Source: an uncultured virus (IMG/VR IMGVR_UViG_2837005551_000004) | Taxonomy: Duplodnaviria > Heunggongvirae > Uroviricota > Caudoviricetes | Direction: 5' to 3' (one strand) | Length of the DNA stretch: 20,000 bases | Virus record (IMG/VR): IMGVR_UViG_2837005551_000004 | Shown: positions 1-8,955 of the stretch, piece by piece | How positions within the stretch are numbered: position 1 is the stretch's first letter | Layout of the letters: each line of letters begins with the position of its first letter | Position numbers and translations under genes: made by a program | Notes under the pieces: model-generated | Seen by the model: the letters and a program-made list of their open reading frames with translations, nothing else | Told to the model about the DNA's origin: nothing | Database searches by the model: none

Positions 1-1
1 T

Positions 2-166
2 GATCAGATCGAAAAACTCACTGCATCTTTCCAGAGAGATGCCTGCTCTCAGCTCGACAAGGGCAACAAGGCCGCGGGACTCCGCGCACGTCGCGCATCC
101 CTTGAACTGGAGCCGTTGCTAAAACGCTTCCGCAAACTCTCGCTGGATGCCGCCAATACAAAATGA
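2..166 (+). CDS. Histone H1-like protein Hc1 family (5'-truncated by the window edge)
   Basis: Manual translation from nt 2: DQIEKLTASFQRDACSQLDKGNKAAGLRARRASLELEPLLKRFRKLSLDAANTK*. GNKAAGxRARxASLE...FRKxS is the Bacteroidetes Hc1 signature. Absent from the ORF track. Confidence 0.85.
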   Translation, partial: DQIEKLTASFQRDACSQLDKGNKAAGLRARRASLELEPLLKRFRKLSLDAANTK

Positions 167-173
167 TGCAAAT

Positions 174-821
174 ATGAAACATACCCCTTTTCAGGAAATT
201 GTAATACGGATTAACAAATCACTTCCACAAAAAGATAACGAGATTGCACATATGGCTATGAGCAGAACTCGGCCATTACTTGCTGTCCGTCAAAGAAATG
301 GCATTACAACATGTCTCTTTTGTGGGAACACAATGGTTTATCGAGAAACAAATCGTTATGCCAAGTGTCATGAATGTGAAAAAAACGTTGAGATTATCGA
401 AGAAGATGATTGGTTGGCTTATAAAAGATGTGTTCCGCTATACTTTGCCTCCCTTGAAGTGATCGATAATATCCAGTTGATGCGAACCTATGAGACCATT
501 TTTCGTTACTCAGTTATCAATCAACTGAACGATGTTTCAGTCCATGAACTTTGTCGGCATTGGATGACTTCTGAAGGATACTGTGAAGTAACGTCTTTGC
601 GTCGCTTTTGTGGAGCTTATTTAACACCGTTCAGGTCTATGGTATTACGTAATTCTTCAACCGATAATGAGGATTATATCGCAAACCATGCCATTGTGCT
701 TCCGAATATGACATTATTATCGGAACTTGATGGCAAACTTGATATGTACGAAAAACTGATACAGGGTAATATACTTGCTACAATAAAGAAGATACTTAAA
801 CCTAACAATTCACATATATAG
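174..821 (+). CDS. Protein homologous to the N-terminal half of the PcfJ-domain protein (CxxC...CxxC zinc ribbon), lacking the PcfJ C-terminal domain
   Basis: ATG 174 preferred because it avoids overlap with Hc1. Aligns by eye to 9384..10658: GITTCLFCG/GRTTCGDCG, KCHEC/VCPKC, YFASLEVIDNIQL/YFAILDTIDGLQV, ELCRHW/EVCRLW. Confidence 0.75.
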   Translation: MKHTPFQEIVIRINKSLPQKDNEIAHMAMSRTRPLLAVRQRNGITTCLFCGNTMVYRETNRYAKCHECEKNVEIIEEDDWLAYKRCVPLYFASLEVIDNIQLMRTYETIFRYSVINQLNDVSVHELCRHWMTSEGYCEVTSLRRFCGAYLTPFRSMVLRNSSTDNEDYIANHAIVLPNMTLLSELDGKLDMYEKLIQGNILATIKKILKPNNSHI

Positions 822-862
822 ATTCTGCGTCCTTAAAGTATCATTTAGGACGATTCATGGTC

Positions 863-894
863 ATCAACCTCGACTCGTGAGAGCCGAGGTTGAT
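863..894 (+). terminator. Probable intrinsic terminator hairpin
   Basis: atcaacctcg-actc-gtga-gagc-cgaggttgat followed by an AT-rich tract, downstream of the 174..821 stop. Confidence 0.55.
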
Positions 895-976
895 TATATT
901 ATCTTGACATTGTGTGGAGATGTACTTTACATGCTTGGTTCCAAGACATAAAAATTTCCGTTTATAATGTTCACCA

Positions 977-1220
977 TGGCTTCTGCGGCCGTTGGTTTTT
1001 CGCTACGAAGTAACGGCGGCCGGTGACGCCGGCAAGCGACCGCCTCCGGCTTGGCTGTATGAAAAAATCCGGCAGCCTTCCACGATTTGTGCCAAATCGG
1101 GTATTCCGTATTTTTTCACTTGCCACACTTGCCTTGCGCCACCTGTGCCCTCCGTCTTGATTGTATCGAAAAAATCCCCCGGACGCGAGAAGCCACAAGG
1201 CTTCAAACAAAAGGGAAAAA
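977..1220. promoter_or_regulatory. Long-hairpin element, diverged copy A, upstream of parB (candidate ssDNA promoter)
   Basis: tggcttctgcggccgttggtttttcgctac (from 977) pairs with gtatcgaaaaaatcccccggacgcgagaagcca (to 1195). Shares cgaagt(a/t)ac, caag(c/t)gac, cacacttgcctt, gagaagc and gcttcaaacaaaaggga with copies B-D. Confidence 0.65.
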
Positions 1221-1253
1221 ACAAAAAACTCAAACATCTAAAACCCTCAAATT

Positions 1254-3095
1254 ATGGAAGCAACAGCAATTCAGACCAACACCGCAAACGTACAGGAAGC
1301 CACAATCTCCCTCGCTCTCATTCAGCCGAGCAACTACACCCCCCGTAAGAATTTCGACGAGCAGAGCCTCACCGAACTCGCTGACTCTATCAGCCGTCAA
1401 GGTATTCTCCACGCGATAGGTGTGCGACCAATCGCCGGCACCGACCGCTACGAAATCGTGTATGGCGAGCGAAGATACCGCGCCTCCCTCATTGCAGGGA
1501 AAGAGGACATCAAGGCAACTGTCTATACTGACCTTTCTGATGATGAAGCCGAACAAAAGGCTATTGCGGAGAACCTGCACCGCCAGGACATCACGCCTAT
1601 GGAAGAAGCCGAGACGTTAAAGGCTGCAATCGCCAGCGGACGCTACGACTATGCCACACTCGCCACGCAGATAGGCAAGAGCGAGAACTATATCCGCACC
1701 CGAATAAAGCTCACAACCCTCATACCCGAAATCGCACGGCTGATTGACACCGAAGAAATCACGGTAGCAGTGGCAACCGAAATAAGCCGTTACGGAAAGG
1801 ACGTACAGACTGATGTTTACAACTCTCACCTCAAAGACGGTGTGGTACACAATAATTGGCGAACTATGAACGCCTCAAATGTGGCACGGCTCATTGAGCG
1901 GAACTACACAACTGACTTAAGCCGTTACAAATTCGACAAATCGGCATGTGCCTCATGCCCCCACAACACCCGAAACCTCCTGCTGTTCTGCGAGGGCAGT
2001 TGCGATGGCAACTGCGCCAATACCGCTTGCCTCAGAGAAAAGCAGACCACTTATCTTCTTGACAAAGCTTTTTACGGCTCTGAGTTATTTCCGATGGCAA
2101 AATTTGGCCAGACAGAGTACGATTCCAACGATATGGTTGTTGAACGTCTTGTAAACTTCGGCTATGACGTTGAAAAAATAGGGAATAATTCAATCCCATT
2201 TCCAATGTGGCCAATGCAACCGGAACAAGACTGCTTCAGTTCCGATGTTGAATATTCCATAGCCGTTGAAGAATACGAACAGAATAAAGAAAAATGCAAA
2301 AATGATCGAGCGACAATCGAGAATATGGCAAGAGAGGGGAAAGCATCGCTTTATGTATGTATTGGCCGATACGATATTACATTATGCTACATTCCCACTG
2401 CTGAGGGTAATTTGGGGGATGTTGATAGCGAGATCGCCAATTTGGAGGCAAAGGACAAACGCAATAAAGAGATAGCCGTGGAGCGTACTATCGAGGACAC
2501 AAAGAAGATAATTCTCGAAGCCGACATCACCGAGACAAAGTTCTCGCAGGACGAGGACAAGATGATATATTTCTTCCTGCTCTCATCGCTCCGCAAAGAG
2601 CATTACGAGGCCGTCGGACTTACAGACCGCAAATCTCAATTCGCACTCAGCGACAGCGAGAAAATGACAATCATCGCCAATCTTAACGCCAAAACAAAGG
2701 CGATAATCTGCAGGGATTTTCTGATTGACAATTTCAAGGGCGCTTATCGTGACAATGCGATCGCCGACCTACTGCTCTCATTTGCCAAGAAGCACATGCC
2801 GGAAGAACTCGCTAACATCGAAACCAAGTACAAGGATGTTTATGAGAAGCGACACCAACGCATAGAGGAACGCAAGGCTCTACTAGCCAAAGATGCCGAA
2901 CCCAAAGCAACCAAGCCGGAAGCCATGGACGCACCCCAAGAAGAACCTATGCCGGAAGCTGAACCAACCACGGAAGATACCACTCCCGACACTTCCGAGG
3001 CAGAGACCGAGGCTATCCAATACGAGCCAACGGAAGAAGAAGCCGAAGCGATACTGACCGAAGAAGAAAGGTACTGCGAAGAAGCTGTTGCATAA
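1254..3095 (+). CDS. parB: ParB/RepB/Spo0J family protein (long form with a Cys cluster and an acidic tail)
   Basis: PRKNFDE, GILHAIGVR, YEIVYGERRYRAS (ParB CTPase box), ENLHRQDITPMEEA, an HTH, and CASCPHNT...C...CANTAC. Confidence 0.92.
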   Translation: MEATAIQTNTANVQEATISLALIQPSNYTPRKNFDEQSLTELADSISRQGILHAIGVRPIAGTDRYEIVYGERRYRASLIAGKEDIKATVYTDLSDDEAEQKAIAENLHRQDITPMEEAETLKAAIASGRYDYATLATQIGKSENYIRTRIKLTTLIPEIARLIDTEEITVAVATEISRYGKDVQTDVYNSHLKDGVVHNNWRTMNASNVARLIERNYTTDLSRYKFDKSACASCPHNTRNLLLFCEGSCDGNCANTACLREKQTTYLLDKAFYGSELFPMAKFGQTEYDSNDMVVERLVNFGYDVEKIGNNSIPFPMWPMQPEQDCFSSDVEYSIAVEEYEQNKEKCKNDRATIENMAREGKASLYVCIGRYDITLCYIPTAEGNLGDVDSEIANLEAKDKRNKEIAVERTIEDTKKIILEADITETKFSQDEDKMIYFFLLSSLRKEHYEAVGLTDRKSQFALSDSEKMTIIANLNAKTKAIICRDFLIDNFKGAYRDNAIADLLLSFAKKHMPEELANIETKYKDVYEKRHQRIEERKALLAKDAEPKATKPEAMDAPQEEPMPEAEPTTEDTTPDTSEAETEAIQYEPTEEEAEAILTEEERYCEEAVA

Positions 3096-3106
3096 AGCGA
3101 CAAGCC

Positions 3107-3162
3107 CCTATGTTTGAGCAAGCCACCCCATACCGAAGCGTGGGGTGGCTTATACTCATAGG
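3107..3162 (+). terminator. Hairpin after parB
   Basis: aagccacccca-N10-tggggtggctt (3120-3151), extended by cctatg/catagg. Confidence 0.6.
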
Positions 3163-3210
3163 TTCCCAAAGTATCTTCTTCAGGAAACCCTATATATCGA
3201 ACGCGATACT

Positions 3211-3840
3211 TGGAAAATTAAGGGCTTGTCGCCACCGCTTGCTTCCAAATCATATGAAAAATTAGGCGATAAGCCGTGTCAGTGGCTCGCGGATCCACAG
3301 GCACGGCACATCGCCTTGTGGTGTTTACCGTTTGCCCGACTGATTCCATGTCTCACACCGAGTCAGCTTCGGGCAGTTCTGATTTTGGATGTGATGTCCG
3401 GCTGAAGCCGGAGGCGGCGACAACGCCAGAGCAAAGCGAGGGCAGGCCTTCGCCCGACTCTCGCGTTGTCGCCTTTCTTTGGAATACCAATCTGCAAACG
3501 ATGACTTCGGCCGCTTCAAGGCTGGCACATTGAAACGGCAAGAGTCAAAGGTAGCCGGTTCTTTCCCTTGAAGATTTTGAGCCTCGGCAGGGACAGGCGT
3601 TTGGGCGTGCGAAGTTACTGCGTCCGGGAGGAACGTCAAGTGACGCTGCGCTTGTGGTCGGCGTCCGCACTCGTGAGCCTCCACAAATTCTTCTCGTGCC
3701 TCGAACAATTTGGGTATCCCTCGCTTGCCGCTGACTACACACTTGCCTTATCCTACCTTTTGGCCGCAGTTGTGGAACTGCACGAAAAACGGCCAGCCCT
3801 GCCGGAGAAGCTCAAAGAGCTTCAAACAAAAAGGGAGAAA
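3211..3840 (+). repeat. Long direct repeat copy B (branched block 3229-3556 plus rod hairpin ~3559-3838)
   Basis: Matches 8241-8930 with about 19 substitutions by eye, almost all in the upstream block, and one 60-nt indel. 3577-3835 also matches 13430-13690. Confidence 0.95.
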
Positions 3841-3863
3841 ATTAACTTAAACATCAAAAAACA

Positions 3864-4079
3864 ATGGCAAAATTCAGAGTCAGAACAAAGTACATATTCA
3901 GTGGCTTCTTCGACATAGAGGCTGAAAACGAGGCACAGGCAAAGGAGTATGTTGAAAAACACTGCGGATTGGTTATAGGCAGTGACATACATTCCTCTCT
4001 ACCTGATGATGAAGTGAACTGGGAGTTCCCAGTTCACCCTGACACAAAAATTGGCAAGACCACAAGAATTAAACCGTAG
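3864..4079 (+). CDS. Small hypothetical protein (71 aa), first gene after repeat B
   Basis: ATG after an A-rich leader; tight operon spacing. Confidence 0.8.
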   Translation: MAKFRVRTKYIFSGFFDIEAENEAQAKEYVEKHCGLVIGSDIHSSLPDDEVNWEFPVHPDTKIGKTTRIKP

Positions 4080-4114
4080 TATAAAATACACAACCGCTCA
4101 AACCCCAAAAGACT

Positions 4115-4600
4115 ATGCACAGCACTATTTATCAAATCAGCACCGAGCCGATAGCCGAGAACGACTATCTGAACAGCGACCGTATAGTGGCAGGAGAAAA
4201 CGCCTCTATATCCTATTTGTACGAAAACTCCGAGGACGGACGCAAGTTCGACATCCGTTTTCTTCTTGAACATATACTGCCGAAAGGTATGTTTACGCCC
4301 ATCGAAGAAAGCACCCTTACCTACAATGGTGGCTTCGCAATATGGCGAAAATCCCATTTCGACAACATCAAGGCTATCTCTGCCGAACTTACCCCTGCAA
4401 ACGTGATGAAATGGAACGGACCAATAGGGCAACTGAAAAAAGCCATTATCAATCCGCTTGGCGTTGACGCTCTTTTCGTGACCGAGTTCTATGGTGGTGC
4501 AGGCACGGCTGAACGCTCCGCTGACCTAATGGATATTATCGCGCGACTGAAAAAGGGCGATAGACTATACATCGGAGCAATATTAGGGTATCACAACTAA
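4115..4600 (+). CDS. Hypothetical protein (161 aa)
   Basis: Operon context; leader ctcaaaccccaaaagactATG. Confidence 0.8.
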   Translation: MHSTIYQISTEPIAENDYLNSDRIVAGENASISYLYENSEDGRKFDIRFLLEHILPKGMFTPIEESTLTYNGGFAIWRKSHFDNIKAISAELTPANVMKWNGPIGQLKKAIINPLGVDALFVTEFYGGAGTAERSADLMDIIARLKKGDRLYIGAILGYHN

Positions 4601-4612
4601 AAACATTTAGTC

Positions 4613-4849
4613 ATGGAGTTCTTTATCGAGCCTATCCCTACATGGGCGTTATGCTATCTAATCAACGGAGACCCGACAGGGTTGACAGACGATGAAATTG
4701 CGATGATTGACAGGTGGTATGCCGACAACAAAGTGCAGACCGTCACCACTGCTTCCGAAGCCGAGGTAGAGTGCCACTCATATTTCTCCCATTTCCCTGC
4801 TTTCGGACTACCTGCCGAGGTCACTGACTGCCATGTGATGACCTTGTAA
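4613..4849 (+). CDS. Small acidic hypothetical protein (78 aa; IPTWALCYLINGDPTGL motif seen in Bacteroidales mobile elements)
   Basis: Starts 12 nt after the previous stop; about 13 D/E versus 2 K/R. Confidence 0.8.
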   Translation: MEFFIEPIPTWALCYLINGDPTGLTDDEIAMIDRWYADNKVQTVTTASEAEVECHSYFSHFPAFGLPAEVTDCHVMTL

Positions 4850-4893
4850 CCATTATCTCACGAAAGTCAAACGATAATCCAAATCACACGGAT

Positions 4894-5523
4894 ATGAAAT
4901 ACGAAGATGTGTCAGCGATATTATATCGCAATCATGGTGTTTTCGACATCACAACACCCATTGGCACTCAACGCCGACGTTTGTTCCTCTCCACTGAAAG
5001 TAAGGTATGTGAGTTTGCTAAACGCTCTCGCAGGAGAGGCTATCCGATACAGCCAAACGAAATCAAATGTTGGCTGTCTATCTCCAAAGTGACAAAACCG
5101 ACAACGAATATAGTAGCCAAATTCCAACGCTATGCCTCGCGTGCAACTTTTCCGTCTGCATTTGTACGCAAGTGTCTTGAAGCTGACCCGACAAAGGACT
5201 GTTACGAGAACCGCCTTACCACCGGTACTCGCATCGACGGAGAGATTATATCCCTTGACGCTATCTCCAGATATAGCTATTGGGCGGTGGAACAGTTCAG
5301 AAAGGCTCTCAAAGAACGACGCAACTTTAATTCCGGAACATTCACTTTCCGTGGTTATGACGGTTCCCTATGGATTGAGGTCAAGCAAAAGGACGATAAC
5401 TATAACTACTATAAAGCCGGAGATATTGCCGCAGGCGTCAGTAAAGAGTATCGTGGCTGTGCCAACGGATATTACTATGCCCTTATTGATGATGAACATT
5501 TTATCGGAATTGATATAGACTGA
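4894..5523 (+). CDS. Hypothetical protein (209 aa)
   Basis: Long ORF in the operon; C-terminal SKEYRGCANGYYYALID motif. Confidence 0.8.
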   Translation: MKYEDVSAILYRNHGVFDITTPIGTQRRRLFLSTESKVCEFAKRSRRRGYPIQPNEIKCWLSISKVTKPTTNIVAKFQRYASRATFPSAFVRKCLEADPTKDCYENRLTTGTRIDGEIISLDAISRYSYWAVEQFRKALKERRNFNSGTFTFRGYDGSLWIEVKQKDDNYNYYKAGDIAAGVSKEYRGCANGYYYALIDDEHFIGIDID

Positions 5524-5533
5524 ATTATAAACA

Positions 5534-5565
5534 GCACCCTGCAATCCTCATGGAGAGCAGGGTGC
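5534..5565 (+). other. Intergenic hairpin (terminator or RNA-stabilising)
   Basis: gcaccctgc-N14-gcagggtgc, no U-tract. Confidence 0.5.
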
Positions 5566-5580
5566 ATAAAACCGAAAGAT

Positions 5581-5853
5581 ATGACTACAACCGAAATCAA
5601 CTACAAAGGCACGGACTATACCTGCCGTATCGTTACAAGCAACGAGGGCGAGAGCCTTATCATCGGTGGGCTGGAATTGCTTGACGCACTTATGCCTTAT
5701 CCAATCACCGACAAATGCAACGGCTTCGCCGACAAGGAAGCGGAGCGTGTCGATGAAGAAATCTTCTACTATACCTCCGAAAGTGATTTGAAGCTGCCCG
5801 ACAACGAACTTGTCGCAATACTTAGCGATAGCAACCCCGATTGGTTTGACTGA
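5581..5853 (+). CDS. Small acidic hypothetical protein (90 aa)
   Basis: ATG with an A-rich leader; about 20 D/E versus 6 K/R. Confidence 0.78.
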   Translation: MTTTEINYKGTDYTCRIVTSNEGESLIIGGLELLDALMPYPITDKCNGFADKEAERVDEEIFYYTSESDLKLPDNELVAILSDSNPDWFD

Positions 5854-6115
5854 AACCCAATCAACTCCCAATCCGGAATGTCATAACGACCGCCAAGCCG
5901 TGTATGGAAAACGAACCTATAAATTTGTTTTGATGAAAGTTTCTATCGTTATTTTGAGATTAATATAAACTTTATAGTTATCACGATCGGAATATAGATT
6001 AAATAATAAATCTCTATGGTTATCTGTCGAACCCACTCCTTTTTTGAGTTCATTTAAATTTTTTAATTTGCGAATCTTATTCAAACTCCGGTACGTTTGA
6101 GAAAATCAATTTTTG

Positions 6116-6772
6116 TTAGGCAATATGGACAATGTTCCCTTTCCAAATAGTGAAGTCTAATTTGTTTAGAGAGGGGATTTTAATTTCACAAGGGTTCGGT
6201 ATAAATTTATATGGTCGGCTAAATCCTGCTGCAATTCCACGAGGAGATGGTTTTATATCATCACATCCTCTAGCTGAGACAATGCATTTTTTTATAGTGC
6301 ATCCGTCAATATATTCCTTTGCCTCCGGAATCTTCATAAGGAAATTAATTGTACCGATAAATTGACTTTTTGCGTCAGATCTCTTGCTTTTTATATTTCC
6401 AATTGATAGTTCATGTATAATGAAACATTCATTATTCACAGATAAACTTACTATATAGTCTGCACGTTTTAAATCTTTTGACCAATCCACACTTGAGCTC
6501 TTTCTGAATTGGTTAATGAATTCCTCATACTTTATGAACAACAGGTCATGTGGAGCTGATGATGTACCGTTTATATATGTGGCAGCACGATCTGGTGAGT
6601 TTCTATCACATAGGATGGATCTATCAGGTTTACAGTCATGAATATCAAATTCATGTAGTGATATTAATTCATAATCAACTGTAACTTCATCCGGGAAACT
6701 GCCTAAACTTTCTTTTCTGCGTCTCACCACAGCTTGAGCAACATTATCTTTCAGTATTTCAACGAGCCTCAT
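6116..6772 (-). CDS. Hypothetical protein partnered with the ATPase; possible PD-(D/E)xK-like fold
   Basis: Starts 12 nt after the ATPase stop; AT-rich; KRADYIV...FIIHELS resembles a degenerate D...ExK nuclease motif. Confidence 0.7.
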   Translation of the reverse strand: MRLVEILKDNVAQAVVRRRKESLGSFPDEVTVDYELISLHEFDIHDCKPDRSILCDRNSPDRAATYINGTSSAPHDLLFIKYEEFINQFRKSSSVDWSKDLKRADYIVSLSVNNECFIIHELSIGNIKSKRSDAKSQFIGTINFLMKIPEAKEYIDGCTIKKCIVSARGCDDIKPSPRGIAAGFSRPYKFIPNPCEIKIPSLNKLDFTIWKGNIVHIA

Positions 6773-6784
6773 ATCGACATTGTT

Positions 6785-7930
6785 TTATCGTGAAAATTTA
6801 TCGTATTCATCATAGATGTCAGATATGGGATCAGACAATAGTGTGGCCTCAATAAGAGGCATACCTTTATAATCTTGCACCTTGAGATCTATCAGCGTTC
6901 CTTCCTCAATTAAATAAACACCTACCATATCTGGATTAATTGATGTCTCTTTGTCATTACCTCTATAGCGGGCTATCAGAAGGTTCAAATAGTTGACTAT
7001 ATATGGGCTATGGGTTGCCAACATCAGCGTCATATCATACTGATGCTTGGTTGAAAAGCAACGGTTCACTAGAAAGTCAACCATTTCAATTTGATTGTTC
7101 GGGTAGAGGCTCAGTTCAGGTTCTTCAATAAATATATTAACTCGACGGTTTGGAAACTCTCCAACGTTCATGCCTGCACGGAAATTCTTCAAATCGTCAT
7201 TGTCGGCAAAATAACTGAACAAGGCTCTGTTTAGAGAGTCTTCAAGATTGTATCTGGTTGAGTAATAGTCAGTTATAAGTCCTACTGATGTCGCAGTCTG
7301 AATTCCGGATGAAGCATCCGATAATTTAATGGAATAGTTTCCATTTGCACCGTTTCCTGAAATCCTGAAATCATTAATGCCATTTTTCTGTTTCTGCACA
7401 CTGAATTTAACTCCTAAAAAGTCAAGGCTCAGTTCTGAGATATACCTATAAGCTGTACGGAAATTCTCTAACGTGTCTTGCAGATAGAAATTATCTTTAT
7501 GTCGATCCACTGAACTGTCCAGGAGATCGGGAATTATAGATCGTTTGTCGCTTATAAATACTATTTTATCAAGACTTAAATCTTCACGCACCACTACAAA
7601 TTTTGCACTTGTGGCACCATTTTTCATAATTATTTCGTATGGGCCATTTCTATAAATTATCTGAGATGTAGGTCTGAGATATTCAAGAAGTCCTGATGTT
7701 CGAAGCAAAGGCTTGGTTTTGAATCCTATCTTTGTATTTTTGATTTTTGAATGTTTTATAAATGAGCGCAAATTCACACGTTTATACATCCATCTGAACA
7801 AGGATAGTACTTTCATAATGGTACTTTTACCACTGCCGGATTTGCCTATGAAAACGGTTAGCGGGGATATATTGTTGAGTTCAATTTCAGAAATCGGTCC
7901 AAAATCAACTATTTTGAGGTATTCTTTCAT
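6785..7930 (-). CDS. ABC-type AAA ATPase (AAA_15/AAA_21-like, defence-associated)
   Basis: N-terminal DFGPI, Walker A GKSGSGKS, signature ASSGIQ, Walker B/D-loop IFIEEPELSLYP, H-loop ATHSPY. Confidence 0.9.
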   Translation of the reverse strand: MKEYLKIVDFGPISEIELNNISPLTVFIGKSGSGKSTIMKVLSLFRWMYKRVNLRSFIKHSKIKNTKIGFKTKPLLRTSGLLEYLRPTSQIIYRNGPYEIIMKNGATSAKFVVVREDLSLDKIVFISDKRSIIPDLLDSSVDRHKDNFYLQDTLENFRTAYRYISELSLDFLGVKFSVQKQKNGINDFRISGNGANGNYSIKLSDASSGIQTATSVGLITDYYSTRYNLEDSLNRALFSYFADNDDLKNFRAGMNVGEFPNRRVNIFIEEPELSLYPNNQIEMVDFLVNRCFSTKHQYDMTLMLATHSPYIVNYLNLLIARYRGNDKETSINPDMVGVYLIEEGTLIDLKVQDYKGMPLIEATLLSDPISDIYDEYDKFSR

Positions 7931-7987
7931 ATCTTTGAGAATCCGTTAATCTTCCTTGTAACAGTTTGTTTATTTCCATTAAAAACA

Positions 7988-8019
7988 CAAAGTTAAACAA
8001 TGTCGTTTGAATATCCAAG
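7988..8019 (-). promoter_or_regulatory. Bacteroidota sigma-A promoter for the ATPase operon
   Basis: -7 box TAacTTTG (7995-7988) with CTTG 20 nt upstream (8019-8016). Confidence 0.6.
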
Positions 8020-8240
8020 TATTTGTGTCACTGAATATGTTTTTTTGTTTTTTTGTTGCTTGCAAAAATGCCTATAAAAATGATGGGCGGATTTATTTGC
8101 AGTTCTGAATTAATAAATTACAAGATGTCAATGCAATCTGTATCGGGATTTTTACTGTCATTCAAAACAAAGATTTATCCGAATATCATAGGACAAATGT
8201 CACATTGAAGGAAGATAATTGATGCTGCCACTGCGGTTTA

Positions 8241-8930
8241 TGGAAAACTAAGGGCTTGCAAGCCGTGGCGACAGGAGCGTGAGGCAGTGCGCCGGGCGTA
8301 TTACCTCACACAACCTTATCACCACCGCTTGCTTCCAAATGATGTGAGTATTTAGGCGATAAGCCGTGTCAGTGGCCCGCGGATCCACAGGCACGGCACA
8401 TCGCCTTGTGGTGTTTACCGTTTGCCCGACTGATTCCGTGTCTCACACCGATTCAGCTTCGGGCAGTTCTGATTTTGGATATGATGTCCGGCAGAAGCCG
8501 GAGGCGGCGACAACGCCAGAGCAAAGCGAGGGCAAGCCTTCGCCCGACTCTCGCGTTGTCGCCTTTCTTTGGAATACCAGTCTGCAAACGATGACTTCGG
8601 CCGCTTCAAGGCTGGCACTTTGAAACGGCAAAGGTCAACGGTGGCCGGTTCTTTCCCTTGAAGATTTTGAGCCTCGGCAGGGACAGGCGTTTGGGCGTGC
8701 GAAGTTACTGCGTCCGGGAGGAACGTCAAGTGACGCTGCGCTTGTGGTCGGCGTCCGCACTCGTGAGCCTCCACAAATTCTTCTCGTGCCTCGAACAATT
8801 TGGGTATCCCTCGCTTGCCGCTGACTACACACTTGCCTTATCCTACCTTTTGGCCGCAGTTGTGGAACTGCACGAAAAACGGCCAGCCCTGCCGGAGAAG
8901 CTCAAAGAGCTTCAAACAAAAGGGAAAAGA
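8241..8930 (+). repeat. Long direct repeat copy C (most complete copy, with 60 extra nt at ~8259-8318)
   Basis: Offset to copy B is 5030 before the indel and 5090 after it. 8651-8920 is identical to 3561-3830 by eye. Confidence 0.95.
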
Positions 8931-8955
8931 ATTAGAACTCAACCATTTCTGAATT

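Noticed and set aside
971..1419. ORFs 971..1237, 992..1348, 1003..1233 and 1087..1419
   Set aside because: They overlap hairpin A or parB and show no protein-like features.
3145..3918. ORFs over repeat B (3145..3405, 3276..3533, 3325..3708, 3353..3541, 3545..3742, 3568..3918) and their twins in repeat C
   Set aside because: They recur only because the DNA is repeated; starts are mostly non-ATG and copy A conserves pairing rather than protein.
1538..4010. CTGATGA hammerhead-like cores near 1538 and 4003
   Set aside because: They lie inside coding frames (Asp-Asp-Glu codons) and lack flanking stems.
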